A DNA stretch of 64,000 nucleotides, taken from NCBI GenBank assembly GCA_964016885.1, contig OZ024749.1:1922001-1986000 (forward strand), given 5' to 3'. How positions within the stretch are numbered: position 1 is the stretch's first letter; each line of letters begins with the position of its first letter. The notes under the pieces were generated by a model that saw only the letters and a program-made list of their open reading frames with translations, was not told the DNA's origin and ran no database searches. The stretch comes from Eledone cirrhosa. Taxonomy: Eukaryota. Of this stretch, positions 44,584-59,724 are shown one piece after another. The translations under genes and the position numbers were made by a program.

Positions 44584-44636
<53 letters not shown>

Positions 44637-45365
44637 CACATGCATATATACACATGTATATACACACATGTATATACACAAATATACATATATATGTATA
44701 TACACATACGTATGCATGTATGTTTCTATGCATGTATCTCTCGCTCTGTCTATCTAACTACCTATATGGCCAGTAATTCGGAGGAATTTATATTTAACAA
44801 ACAAACACCTATTGACTCTAAACGACTTAAAATAATCCCATGATTAATAGCTGTAAGTAGCAAACAACACATGCACATAAATACGAACTACAACACAAAA
44901 ACACTTAAATCAAAATCACATACCCAACTCTAACATATGCTTTACATTACACCTTACATAAAAAATACCTACATTATCACCACACGCCTCTCTAACAAAT
45001 TGCACACTATCTTAAACATTTATAACAAATATAACATGTTTTAACACCCCACACAAAATATGTTTATTTCAACTGCAGTATAACACTTTCCTCATACATG
45101 CATTATTGACTGTATTGACTCCTGCATTGTACACCAATTGTCCTTGCTTATAACTTCTTTGCTTGTGTTTTTTTGCCTGTGATTTTTACTTTTACTTATA
45201 CCTATTACACTTCCAACAGGTGTTGCCTGTAATTGTGTTATTTCACGCGGAACATCTGTTTAACTCCTGACTCTCCACATGATGTATTTGACACTAATAA
45301 CAATTATGTACTCTACATGTTCTAAATGACTAGGATTCTAGTGACACGTTTTCGACATTCCTTAT

Positions 45366-45410
45366 GCTCCGATGATTCCAGACTTCCGTCTGGAAGAAAC
45401 AATTGTCAGC
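45366..45410 (+). ncRNA. Type I hammerhead motif (U4C variant) in a probable PLE tail (about 44760-45540)
   Basis: gct-CCGATGA-TTCCAGAC ttcc GTCTGGAA-GAAA-CAATTG-TC-agc-taataaa. Confidence 0.7.
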
Positions 45411-45576
45411 TAATAAATGTTCTAAACTAAAATTTGATCATTTTAACACTTTGTATCTCGGCTCTGTAAAACACTTGAACATTTGCATTGAGTCTTTTGT
45501 CATACCGGTAACCGGCTAGTACTTATAACTATAAATATGTAGGGTAGTACTATCAAACATATATAAATATAAATAT

Positions 45577-45621
<45 letters not shown>

Positions 45622-45665
45622 GGAATAGATAAACATACATATGTAAATACATATATATATATATA

Positions 45666-46428
45666 CTAGCAGTGGTACCCGGCGTTGCATGGGATAAGGT
45701 ATTTTGGAACGCGGGCCGCCAACAGACCTAATCGTGGAAAAACTGCATGCCTGGATAATATGTAAAGAAAATAAACCGAATACTCTGATGGCTGGATAAT
45801 CTTTAAGATTTTCCTCGATGAAGCAGGAAAAATGCAGGTTTTCACCTAATGCGGGCCCTAGGGTATCAAGAAAATCATTTTTTTTATGTGCATAATATGC
45901 CTTGAAATTTCGGGAAAAGCGGCTAGACGTAACGCCTCCAAAAAGCCCTAAAAAGCTGAAAAAATGAAGTTTTTCACCTAATGCGGGCCCTAGGAGATAA
46001 AAAAATTGAATTGTATGTGCATAACACTCCCTGAAACATAAGTAATACACATGTAAAGTTTGAAAAGAATCGGTTGGGTACTTCTCGAGTTTTAGGGATT
46101 CAAACTCTCTCACACACACACACACACTCTCAGAGAAGTGACGTGATGCAGACAGGCAGACATACAGACAGATATTATAAGGGCGCGACGTTATATGTAT
46201 GTATCTATCTAAAAAGAGAAAGACTAAGAATTATAGAGAGAGATCGTTAAATCGCCTAATGCGGTCCCCAGGGCAATGCAAATTAGAAATTTCTTTTGCT
46301 CACAACACACCCTGAAACCTAAGTATTACATGTGTAAATTTGTGAACCGTCGGTTTGGTGCTTCTCAAGTTTTAGGGATTCAAACTCACACACACACAGA
46401 CAGATATCCTCAGTTTTATATATATAGA
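45666..46428 (-). mobile_element. Non-autonomous Helitron-like element
   Basis: Minus strand starts TC(tatatatataaaa) and ends with the hairpin ccatgcaacgccggg followed by CTAG. Inserted between A and T; has an internal duplication of its 5' segment. Confidence 0.75.
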
Positions 46429-46670
46429 TATTCACACACACACTCACAAACACACACACACACGCGCGCGCGCGCGGTAAGGGAGCGCAGTTAAGTAAAG
46501 AACTCAATACATTAAACAGATAAGGTAATTTATTTCTGATGAAGATAACTTCCACAAGAGTATTACTGTTTCACGTTGTTGAAATCATTGGGATATTGCC
46601 ATCAGACCTAACCGTTGATTTCAACCTAATGAAATAGTGCTAATCCTACTGATGTAATTTGAAGCAGAAA

Positions 46671-46736
<66 letters not shown>

Positions 46737-46787
46737 AGAGAAAGCACGTAGCATTGGAGAGAAATTAAAGGAACACTGCCATTTCGC

Positions 46788-46864
<77 letters not shown>

Positions 46865-46936
46865 ATAGCCATGTTATGTACATACGCGCACACACACACA
46901 CACAGACATATATATATATACATATATATATATATA

Positions 46937-47544
<608 letters not shown>

Positions 47545-47670
47545 TGTGAATAGAGAGAGAGGGGGAGACAGAGGAAGCTAAGTAATGATTAAACATCTAA
47601 GAAGCCTAAATTGTAAAAGACCTCACTCCCATTCCTGGCCCACATTTTTTCTTGTGTAATGTAAACATTT

Positions 47671-47736
<66 letters not shown>

Positions 47737-48416
47737 ATATAGGAGAACTACGTCTGAAATTTATGGTTCTACCAATATTTACACTAAAACATCTATACTT
47801 ACAAACGTTTCATTACTTGATTATCATTTTGGTCTATTGTCCTCCACTCCTATTACACACTCCAGAGCACACACCCATATCTACCATTCCAAAACCTTCC
47901 CTTGAAATACCACCATCATAACCAGCATTACAATCACTAACAACAACAAAAAAACAGCAGCAAAACCAACGACTCTTCTAATAAAATCCAATGGCGTTTG
48001 TTGTTCAGTTATATGAAAATATAAAGCAATCAACAAATTCACAATCGGTTGATTATCTTTTCCTTCAATTCTCCCCATTCATCTAACACTTCCATCTTCA
48101 TTCCAGAAAATCTTTCTAGGAAAATACAACAACAACAACAACGATATCAGGAGCAAGCACAACGACTCCACAAGTAAAACACATTGGCGTTTGTGCTCAC
48201 TTAAAAGAAAAGCAATCAACACCATTGAAAATCAAGTGAAGTGTAGCAATATCAAAGATTCTTCTTGAAGTAACTAAAAAATATTAAATACCCAAAATTA
48301 AATATATAATATATATATATATATATATATAATTTTATATATATATATGAAAAGTATAGAAATTATTGTGAGCAAAAAGCCAACAGTATTCCATAATATA
48401 TAAGTGACTATAACGT

Positions 48417-48455
<39 letters not shown>

Positions 48456-48777
48456 GAGATTGAGATGTATTCACAAACACACACACACACACATATATAT
48501 ATATAACTCATATATAGAGATACATACATACAAGTACATGTATACATATATATGCATACATGAATACATACATATACACATATATATTCTAATGAAGCGA
48601 ACATTCTAGATACTTTGTCGATGTTATTTCGGTCGGCCAGCGAGTTTGTGGTGAAATAGAGGCTTAAACAAACAACAGTTTACAGATTCTATGGAGATTC
48701 CTATATTCACTGTCTGTCTATATATCTGTTGGTTATCTATCTGTGTGTCTATCTGTATAGCTATTTGTGTGTATGCA

Positions 48778-48888
<111 letters not shown>

Positions 48889-48990
48889 TTATATATATAT
48901 ATATATATTTATGTATGTACATATATATATTGATGTATGTATATATGTTTATACATATATATATATTTATGTATGTATATATCTATCTAA

Positions 48991-49553
48991 AGCGGGTAAA
49001 ATTCCCGAGATCCATGGACGAGTTCTCTCCAGCGGTCTCTGTCCCTCATTATCGCTGCCATGTCCTGCGTCTCCAACAGACCAGTGTCTGTCCTTAGGGC
49101 ATCAACATACGTTAACCTTGGTCTTTCTCTTCCAGTGTGTCCATGTAGGGGCTCTCACAGGAGCAGTGAGTGCAGTGTCAACTCTGGATGTCGGCGAGCA
49201 TGTCCAGCTAACCTCAGTCTCCTCTGTGTCTCGTATGAGCTGACTTTTTGGATGCTCCCATACAGCTCTGAGTTTTTCATCCTCAGTGTAAACTGATTAA
49301 TGTTCAGAGCCATCCTCAGCATTCTCGTGTAGCACCCATCCACCCTCTGAGTGAGTTTCTTGGTCAGTGTCCAAGTCTCAGACCCGTACAGCAGCACAGA
49401 CTCTACTACAGCAATGAAGAGGCGGATTTTCAGGTCTTTACGAAGGTCCGACTTCCACACTGATCACAAGCTGTGGCACGCCGCCCAGGCTTTGCTCTTC
49501 CTCTCAACCACATCATCTTCCGTATTCCCAATCTTTGCTCCCAAATACAGGAA
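48991..49553 (-). mobile_element. RTE-clade LINE 3' fragment (second family)
   Basis: [53 protein letters not shown]. Confidence 0.85.
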
Positions 49554-49641
<88 letters not shown>

Positions 49642-50170
49642 CTAGCCGAGCTACCCGGTGATTCCCGGGTATTTTATTAAAGTTACAATATTTAACCATT
49701 GAAATATGGTTGGTGAATTTTAACTAAAGGAGGAATTATAACAGAATATTTGTCGTTTGTTTAAAGCAAATCATGTAGATAAAAGTATCATTAGTTTTGT
49801 CCAGTGGTGACTTTTTTAAATACTGCTCCTTATTACAGTCAACATACCTAATGAAAGAATCATTAGGTATGTCAGTGAAAAGGGCATGATGGAAAAAATA
49901 AATTTAGATTTTATTTATCCTTTTTTTTTCTTTTTGCACAATCAGAATCTCTGAAATTCAAACAAAATGTGAAGAGCTGTTTTACAAAGCATAAATAAAA
50001 CAAAATAAAATAATACATTTACCATTGGTTTATGAATGAATGAAGAATTTACTTACTCATTTTTGTAATTCAGGAAAGTTTATCTAAATGTGTGTAAGTG
50101 TGGTAAATATATACACCAGGAACCAAACTCCCACTGTCACTGTCTCTTTCCCGATCTCCCCATCACTCAC
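49642..50170 (-). mobile_element. Helitron-like 3' end (different family)
   Basis: ctagccgagctacccggtgattcccgggta: CTAG with a subterminal hairpin. The far boundary is uncertain. Confidence 0.5.
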
Positions 50171-50176
50171 TATTCG

Positions 50177-50327
50177 GGCACCATGCTTTCCAGCATAGTT
50201 ACGTCCCTTTACGGTCTGAGTTCAAATCCCGTCGAAGTTAACTTTGCCTTTCATTGTCGATAAAATAAAGTAGCAGTAATGTACTGGGTGATAGCTGGCC
50301 TTGTGCCAAAAGTAGAAACAACTATTA
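50177..50327 (+). mobile_element. Nin-like SINE, 5'-truncated
   Basis: Near-identical to 51590-51750. Confidence 0.75.
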
Positions 50328-50833
50328 TGAGCAAATGGGGGCCCATGCACTTTCTGCGGCCCCGGCGGAAGGAATAGAGGATGGTGAGGGAGTTGTGCTG
50401 GGAAATCCATTCCAGCTTGCGAGGCTCACACCTGAGGGTAGCCAACTCTATGCCGATGGTGGTGAGTTGGGAGGTAGCCCTAGAGCCAAGGACACCAGAA
50501 GTCTTTATTGCTATGGGCTCAACAACACACCAGTCGGAGAGCGACCGATATTTGGAGAGTTTAACTTCCTTGGCCCAAAGTGCGGCAAAGCCTGGGTTAA
50601 TTAAAATGTTTACACTGTAGCTTTCACCAACTTTTACCTCTAGGGCAGTAGGATCTTGTTTGAGGGAGATTTGTTTTCTATTTCTTCTAGGTACACCAAC
50701 AGTTATAGTGGCTTCCATGACATACATATATACATACAAATGCACGTGTGTGTGTGTGTGTAAGACACAAACACACTGTCTTGTATACATATATATATAT
50801 ATGTATACATATTTCATCTCTCGAACTGTATAC

Positions 50834-50888
<55 letters not shown>

Positions 50889-51337
50889 TTATATAAATGA
50901 ATACATATAAGTGCTATAAAATATTTTATATATATATATACAAATATATTATATATATATATACAAATATATTATATATATATATATATATATACGTAAT
51001 ATATATGCTTGTATATATATATATATATGTACAAATATATTATATATATATATATATACGTATACGTGACTGTGTATGAGAATTCGATTTTTATTCATAA
51101 ATCTTACTTTTGAGACTTATGCTGGTGGCATTCTATTGATTCCCAAGGAAATCCCCCCTCTCTTTCCACTCTCACTCACCATTTATCTCCTCTTCCCCTC
51201 TCACTCTCACCCCGTATTGTCCCCCTCCCCGTTATTCACTACATCATTTAAAAGTTAAATTCAGTTTTTTTATTCTCTTACTACTTCAGAAAAATTAAAT
51301 AAAATACGACCACAGTTTACATTATTATAGTTATTAT

Positions 51338-51753
51338 CATAATAATAATTGTTTCTACTTTTTGGCACAAGGCCAGCAATTATCCCAGTGTATTACTGGT
51401 ACTTTATTTTAACGACCCCGTAAGGATGACAGGCAAAGTCAACCTCGGCGGGATTTGAACTCAGACCTTAAAGGGACGTAACTATGCTAGAAAGCATGGT
51501 GTCCGATCCTCTACCCATACTGCCAATTCACAATTCACCGCATAATAATAATTGTTTCTGTGGATTGGCAGAATCGGTAGAGGGTCGGACGCCATGCTTT
51601 CCAGCATAGTTACGTCCCTTTAAGGTCTGAGTTCAAATCCCGCCGTGGTTAACTTTGCCTTTCATCCTTACGGGGTCGATAAAATAAAGTACCAGTAATG
51701 CACTGGGTAATTGCTGGCCTTGTGCCTAAAGTAGAAACAATTATTATTATTAT
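51338..51753. mobile_element. Head-to-head pair of Nin-like SINEs (51338-51540 minus, 51559-51753 plus)
   Basis: Arms of about 195 bp are reverse complements; B-box gagttcaaatcc and (ATT)n tails point outward. Confidence 0.85.
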
Positions 51754-52355
51754 CAATATAGACCACTCTGAATATACGTCTGTAGTTTGAGAGATGGAAA
51801 AATTGAGAGAGGGCGCTTTCCCTGGTGGTCAGGGCGGCCGTGGTCTTTTGTGTGGTTTTCGCCACGAGTAACCCTCGGAGGTTTCCTCCCTATTGGGGAA
51901 TTTTTCATTGTTTCAATTTTCATTTTTATTGTTTATATATATATGTTTCTATGTCCTTTTGTTTTCTTCTTTTCTTATATAAATAATAAAAATATTTATA
52001 CGCACAACACCCACATTGTACCGTCCTGTGCCGTCTTGATGTCAGCCCTTGTGGCCAATAAAGAAATCATTATTATCAATATTATTATTAATATTCCTAT
52101 TACATTTATTATTTGTTAAACTGAACAATCATATTGAGCAGACATTTACTCTCTCAGAGATGACAACAGGAAAGAAATATAGCAAAATAAAGATATTTGA
52201 AATGAAGTTAGCAGTTAGCTCTGTCGCAGTTGATATCCTAGTCAAGAGGTAGTTGTCATAGATCAGCTCAATGATATCGAACAGAACAAGCAGCATGGAA
52301 GATTGCATTTCACCTCACCTTAGAAATATAATGAGGAACGTGTAAGTAGGTAAGT

Positions 52356-52551
52356 AATATCTTAGTGTATCAACATCTATGAAAGTTATCTCAGAAGCTT
52401 CTGGGTACCCTTAGAGTAGCAGTGGAAGGAAAGATGGGGGAAGTAAGGTGATAGACTCTCTCTTTTCCCCCATCTTTCCTTCAACTGCTACTCTAAGGGT
52501 ACCCAGAAGCTTCTGAGATAACTTTCATAGATGTTGATACACTAAGATATT
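52356..52551. repeat. Fold-back inverted repeat, 87-bp arms
   Basis: 52356-52442 versus 52465-52551, one mismatch seen. Confidence 0.9.
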
Positions 52552-52942
52552 CCTTATATATATATATATACACTAAGTTATTACTATATATATATATAGA
52601 TGGATAGATAGATATCAAGGCTGACATGCTACCACATATGTGGAACTAACACAGCATGATTCATCATAATGGTGTATATGAAATATATATATATATAACG
52701 AGGGAGTTGTGGGATGGACCATAACACCCCAGAGTACACAATACTTAGGGTAGAGCTCTACCGTCGGGGTCATACATTTTCCTACATATATATATATATA
52801 AATATGAGAAAAATGGAGCGCTGCGTGGTTGCATATGGGTTACATATGAATAAAATTAGTCCTTCATCAGTGATCTTCCAACTTTCATCTGATTTTTAAA
52901 GCGATGAAATACCAATGAAAGTTGGAAGTTCAGTGATGAAGG

Positions 52943-52996
<54 letters not shown>

Positions 52997-53082
52997 TATA
53001 TATATATATGAACGATCGACTTTCGTCAAATCGGACCGAGGGAACAATGTTTCCGTTGGTCTTTCCAATTGCTAATACTATC

Positions 53083-53222
53083 TATCGGTCGCAACTCCAG
53101 GTAGAAGGAGCAACGTGAAATAAAGTGTCTTGCTCAAGGACATAACGCATCACCTGGTCCAGGAATCGAACTCACAACCTTACGATTGCGAATCCAATTC
53201 TCTAACCACTCAGCCACACGCC
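53083..53222 (-). mobile_element. CORE-type SINE 5' part
   Basis: Homologous to 26008-26150. Confidence 0.75.
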
Positions 53223-53310
53223 ATATATAACGAAGGAAATGTGGTAAGGAACCAGGCGGACCATAACGCACCAAAGTACTCAATACTTAGGGTAGTAGAG
53301 TGGGTAATAG

Positions 53311-53420
53311 GAACGAGTAGGACCCCGACGGCTGAGCTCAAGCCGTTTCGACGGCTAATTCTGGACCCAGAATTAGCCGTCGAAACGGCTTGAGCTCAGC
53401 CGTCTGAGTCCTACTCGTTC
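53311..53420. repeat. GC-rich palindrome, 54-bp arms, 2-nt spacer
   Basis: gaacgagtaggac...aattctgg AC ccagaatt...gtcctactcgttc. Confidence 0.9.
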
Positions 53421-53534
<114 letters not shown>

Positions 53535-54084
53535 CCAGAGATAGGTGAAATCCTGACCACGGTTTCGGTTTGTGTGTTCAGCAAGTCTTTCCATGGTGCG
53601 TAAGAATATTATTAGTCTTCGTATTGTGGTGATGGAGAAAGTGTATATGAGGAAGGGGGCTGGGGGTTAGAGAATGGTTAGTGTACCTAGACAGGCTCGG
53701 AGGTCAGGACTTTTATATATATGTATATATATATATATAGAGAGAGAGAGAGGGAGGGGGAGTTACTAAAATGTAATTAGTAAGAACATTATTCATAATT
53801 ATTCAATTTATGAGTTCATAATTTAAGGAAAGTAGAGGGGAGATATGACACGCCCTCATGCCAATCGTAAACTATTTCAATCATTAGACGGTTGTCATTT
53901 TGCCATATATGGAATTTACGCTTGAACCTAAAGCCAATTATTTCTTAATATATCAAATAGAAGAATAATACAATGCAAATTACAATCCAGGAACTCCAAG
54001 AAACAAAACTAAAAAAATGAAAAACAAGGCTACATAACCCAAAGAACGCAGGAATCTCTGTATGTATGGTCCCGTATCTCCTGA

Positions 54085-55398
54085 TAGAGTCGTGGGGCGC
54101 CATATTGACATACGGCGCTTCTTGGACATTTTAAGCCAGGCCGAACCCCACTCTCTCTAGGTCTGAGTACAGCAGATTTCTTTCAGAGAAAGATGGAAAG
54201 TGAGAGAGAAAAAATGAGAAAGAGATATAGAGGAAGAATTGACCCCAGTACAAGACTGGTACTTTTTTATCGACCTCGAAAGGATGACAGGCAAAGTTGA
54301 TCTCGGCGGGATTTGATCTCAGAGAGCAGCGGGTCGGAAAGAATGCCATAAAGTTTTCTATCTGACGTTCTAACGACTGTCATTCTATCTGACGTTCTTA
54401 ACAACTGCCATTCCACCTGACGTTCTAACGACTGCCATTCTACCTGACGTTCTAACGACTGTCATTCTATCTGACGTTCTAACGACTGCCATTCTACCTG
54501 AAGTTCTAACGACTGTCATTCTATCTGACGTTCTAACGACTGTCATTCTATCTGACGTTCTAACGACTGCCATTCTATCTCACGTTCTAACGACTGCCAT
54601 TCTACCTGACGTTCTAACGACTGTCATTCCACCTGAAGTTCTAACGACTGTCATTCTATCTGACGTTCTAACGACTGTCATTCTATCTGACGTTCTAACG
54701 ACTGCCATTCTATCTGACGTTCTCACGACTGCTATTCTAACTGGCGTTCTAACCACTCTACCATTCTATCTGATGTTCTAACCTCTCTACCATTCTATCT
54801 GACGTTCTAACGACTGTCATTCTATCTGACATTCTAACGACTGCCATACTATCTGAGGTTCTAACGACTGCCATTCTATCTGACGTTCTAACGACTGTCA
54901 TTCTATCTGACGTTCTAACGACTGCCATTCTATCTGACGTTCTAACCTCTCTACCATTCTATCTGACGTTCTAACGACTGCCATTCTACCTGACGTTCTA
55001 ACGACTGTCATTCTATCTGACGTTCTAACGACTGTCATTCTATCTGACTTTCTAACGGCTACATTCTATCAGACGTTCTAACGACTGCCATTCTATCTGA
55101 CGTTCTAACCTCTCTACCATTCTATCTGACGTTCTAACGACTGTCATTCTATCTGACGTTCTAACGACTGTCATTCTATCTGACGTTCTAACGACTGTCA
55201 TTCTATCTGACTTTCTAACGGCTACATTCTATCAGATGTTCTAACGACTGCCATTCTATCTGACGTTCTAACGACTGCCATTCTATCTGACGTTCTAACG
55301 ACCGTCATTCTATCTGACGTTCTCACGACTGTCATGCTATCTGACGTTCTAACCACTCTGCCATTCTATCTGATGATCTAATAACTACCATTTCGCCG
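54085..55398 (-). mobile_element. Nin-like SINE containing an internal 27-bp minisatellite (about 54360-55390)
   Basis: SINE body at 54085-54360; unit tctgacgttctaacgactgtcattcta in about 38 copies; SINE start ggcgaaatggtag near 55397. Confidence 0.85.
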
Positions 55399-55685
55399 CA
55401 TTGCAAGAATCTGTACACACATCCAACTGAAATTGTCGATCCTGCTGAAAGACTAAAAACCTGGACATCTTGCAGAAATTTCCGATTATTAAATGTAAAA
55501 GACAGATAATCTCACTAAAAAATATGACGAATGTCTAGCGTAATTAAAGATTCTGAAGTTAGAAAGGGCGACAGACCAAAGATGAAGAGTATGGAACTAT
55601 CCATTAGAATGTTTAGAATTTCACTTCAAAGAAGGAATTGTCTTTTAACTCAAAACATCTCGTGTAACTAATTCACTTTAATATA

Positions 55686-55972
55686 CACTCTGTTCGGTTT
55701 CTACGCGAAGATGCGTTCGTGAACGCGATGCCTAAAGCAAATTTGCGTAATTCAAGTCTAATTTTCTTATTTAGATTAATTGAAATGCAACTATGCTATA
55801 TTATTATTTCGGGTAATTTCCTTTGGTAATTCTAATCTTCAATTCTATTTCTGATATATAAAAAAAATTAAAAACCACACGCGTTATAACGTGTTGTTCG
55901 GGCAAAGTGAATATTGAATAATATTTTTTCCAGGCACGTCAAAGCGAATTCGCGTAAAAAGCGAACAGACTG
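55686..55972. mobile_element. pogo/Tigger-type MITE
   Basis: TIRs cactctgttcggtttctacgcgaa and ttcgcgtaaaaagcgaacagactg, flanked by a TA target duplication. Confidence 0.75.
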
Positions 55973-56623
55973 TACCTTATATCATGTGAAACAAGTAGCT
56001 ATGATCCCTACATTGGTCAAACAAGTATTACAATCCGACAAAGGATGACAATACAGTCAAAAAATTGAAGAATGGTACACTAGAACTGTCCCTTTGATTC
56101 TGCACACATATAAAATTGAGGAGGAAGGATTCGACCAAATTTAGATGGTCTTCCATTGTATCAATAAGGATTTAAACTTTATAAATACAAAGCAAAATTA
56201 TAATCACTGAATCCCATATATATTACAACATTAGCGACAACTAGGATATAACTTGTTGCGTTCCTTGTCTTCGAAAGGGCTTAAGCGACATATGAACCTG
56301 AATGAACAAATTTCATTCGACAGTAGACATGTTAACTATAAAATAAAACTAAAACAAAATAAAATATTGTTTACATTTTCAGCACCTGTCTGACAGCAAT
56401 GCATTAAATAATTATTACAAAGATATTTTGATCTCTTAAAAATGTACATAACACATACGATGTAATGACAATAAGTTGAACTTGAATATGGAAAACTTTC
56501 TCACTTGATATGAATACTCCGTCTAATAACATAAATAATGATTTATTAAACCCAGGGCATCGGGTACTTATATGTTTGATACACAATAGTTGGTTGATAG
56601 CTTGATCAACCAACACCAATTGA

Positions 56624-56683
<60 letters not shown>

Positions 56684-56685
<2 letters not shown>

Positions 56686-56975
56686 TAATTTGAGCGTTGG
56701 ACTTGCAATCGTGAGGTGGTGAGTTCGATTCTCAGACCGGGTGATGCATTGTGTCCTTGAGCAAGACACTTTATTACCCGTTGCTCCAATTTACTCAGCT
56801 GTAGAAATGAGTTGCGACGTCACTGGTAACAATCCGTTTCGGAAATTGTCTTTCGCTTGGACAACATCGGTGGCATAGAGAGGGTGGACTGGTAAGCATA
56901 GGTGACTGCTGGTCTTCTACAAACAAACTTTGCCCGGATCTGGGCCTCGGAGGGGAACTTTCTAGGTGCAAATCC
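56684..56975 (+). mobile_element. CORE-type SINE (different tail)
   Basis: gagttcgattc..gtgtccttgagcaagacacttta. Confidence 0.75.
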
Positions 56976-56983
56976 CCCCCCCC

Positions 56984-57300
<317 letters not shown>

Positions 57301-57337
57301 GGTCATATATATATATGTGTGTGTGTGTGGTGTGTGT

Positions 57338-57371
<34 letters not shown>

Positions 57372-59724
57372 TGTGTGTGAATGTATTAATATGCGCACAC
57401 CTGATAATTTTGTCTAGTTTAAATGAAAAGTTTAAATTTAGAAAGCATTGCAATTGTGACGTGGACATATATGCACACACACATACATACATGTACACAC
57501 GTGTATACACACACACATATATATATATATTTATATATACACAGACACACACTTGCACACCTGTATACATATGTATATACATATACATATATATGTGTGT
57601 GTGTGTGTGATAGAGATATGAACAAGTGTGAGTGTCTGCGTATAAGATCACATTATTTCCAATTATAAGTAATTTAGTATGCATTATAAACTTCCCGGGT
57701 TTCCTATATTCAAAGAACCTTCCGTGAAAATCTCATTATATGCAGCAATGTATCTCCACAACCAGACAGGCTTCACATGGCACCACTCTATATAACCAGA
57801 CAGGCTTCACATGGAACCACTCTATATAACCTTCCACCAAATAAATTACATATTACCACAAATAATGAAAAATTATAAGATTTATAAAAAGAATGTCTTG
57901 CTGTGTCTTTTTTAATTTCTTTATTTCCTTTTTCTAAATTTTATATATTTATCTATGTTTTCTTTTTCTTTATTTCGAAATACGCTACAATACAAATAAC
58001 TATACCAAAAGGTACTAACTATAATAAGTTACTACCTGTAATAAGTTACTACCTGTAATAAGTTACTACCTGTAATAAAAGTTACTAACTATACCAAAGC
58101 TACTATTCAGTTGACGTATGAGGAATTGCGATATTTGAAATTTTAAAATAATGGAATTTTTTCAACACGCTGACGCGCATGTGTATATATGTGTGTGAGT
58201 GTGTGTATGTGTATATGTATCTGAGTGTGTGTATGTGTATATATGTGTGTGTGTATGTGTATACATGTATGTGAGTGTGTGTATGTGTATATATGTGTGT
58301 GAGTGTGTGCATGTGTATATATGTGTGTGAGTGTGTGTATGTGTATATATGTGTGTGAGTGTGTGCATGTTTATATATGTGTCTGGTGTGAGTGTGTGTA
58401 TGTGTATATGTGTGTGAGTGTGTGCATGTGTATATGTGTGTGAGTGTGTCTATGTGTATATATCTGTGTGAGTGTGTGCATGTGTATATATGTGTGTGAG
58501 TGTGTGTATGTGTATATGTGTGTGTGAGTGTGTGTATGTGTATATGTGTGTGTGAGTGTGTGTATGTGTATATAAGTGTGTGAGTGTGTGTATGTGTATA
58601 TATGTGTGTGAGTGTGTGCATGTGTGTATGTGTATATATGCGTGTGCGTGTGTGTAAATGATACATTTATATGTATGTAGATATAAAACCGCAAACACAG
58701 ACACACTTACAAAAATACACCCTCACAGACATATTCACATAAACACACATATAACATTTACACACGCACACACACACAACCACAGACAGCGTAGCAAATG
58801 TAACGCCAGCCGCTGTTTTGCTATAGTTTTTTCACCATCCCCTTCCTTTCTTTTACACACATTGTGTGACGGACGGAAGTCGCTCAAATTTACAACCCCT
58901 GCCCTGTCTACTAGCCCCACATTCATCTACACCACCACTACTACCAACACTACCACCACCACTACTAACACTACCACCACCACCACTACTACCAAGACTA
59001 CCACCACCACCACCACTACCATCACCACTACTACCAACACTAACACTACAACCAACACCGCTACTACCAACACTACTACCACCAACACCACTACTACTAC
59101 TTAATGGTGCACTCTTAGATTTAGATAATAGGGTTCCTAAAAGTGTCCAATGTCCCGTCACAATGTTCTCGTATCCAGCAGGGCTCCAAAGTGTGGTGGA
59201 CTTGGGAAGGACTCCGCCAGATCACAGCCTTACCCACCTTTAGACATTGCGTGGTATTTATAACATTCTGAATTTAAATTCCGCTGAAGTCTATTTCATC
59301 ACCATCACCATCAACATCACCATCATCATCACCACCACTATCACCACCGATACCATCATCATCAACTTTATACCAGTTATATACTAAGATAGATTAAATC
59401 GATGTTGAATATATATTATAAAAATAAAGACGTTTTTAATTTTGGCAGAGTTAATAAAGCAACGTTTTGGGGTTCATAAAGGAATGTCTTCTAATTTAGG
59501 CACAACGCCTGTCATGTTGAGGGAAGAGGAAGTCAGCTGCGTCTACCTCAATATGTCACTGGTACCTATTTTATCGACAACGAAAGTATGAAAGCTAAAT
59601 TTGACCGTGGTGGGATTTTAACGATGTCACGAATTTCATCGAGTTCTCCAACGACTCGGGAAATCCAACAACTTAAGGTCCATAAAATAATATACCAGTT
59701 AAATATTGAACCGAAAGAATATGA

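Noticed and set aside
46534-46593. Hammerhead candidate CTGATGA...GAAA
   Set aside because: Helices I and III are too weak to call. The candidates near 27180-27245 and 53546-53596 have damaged cores.
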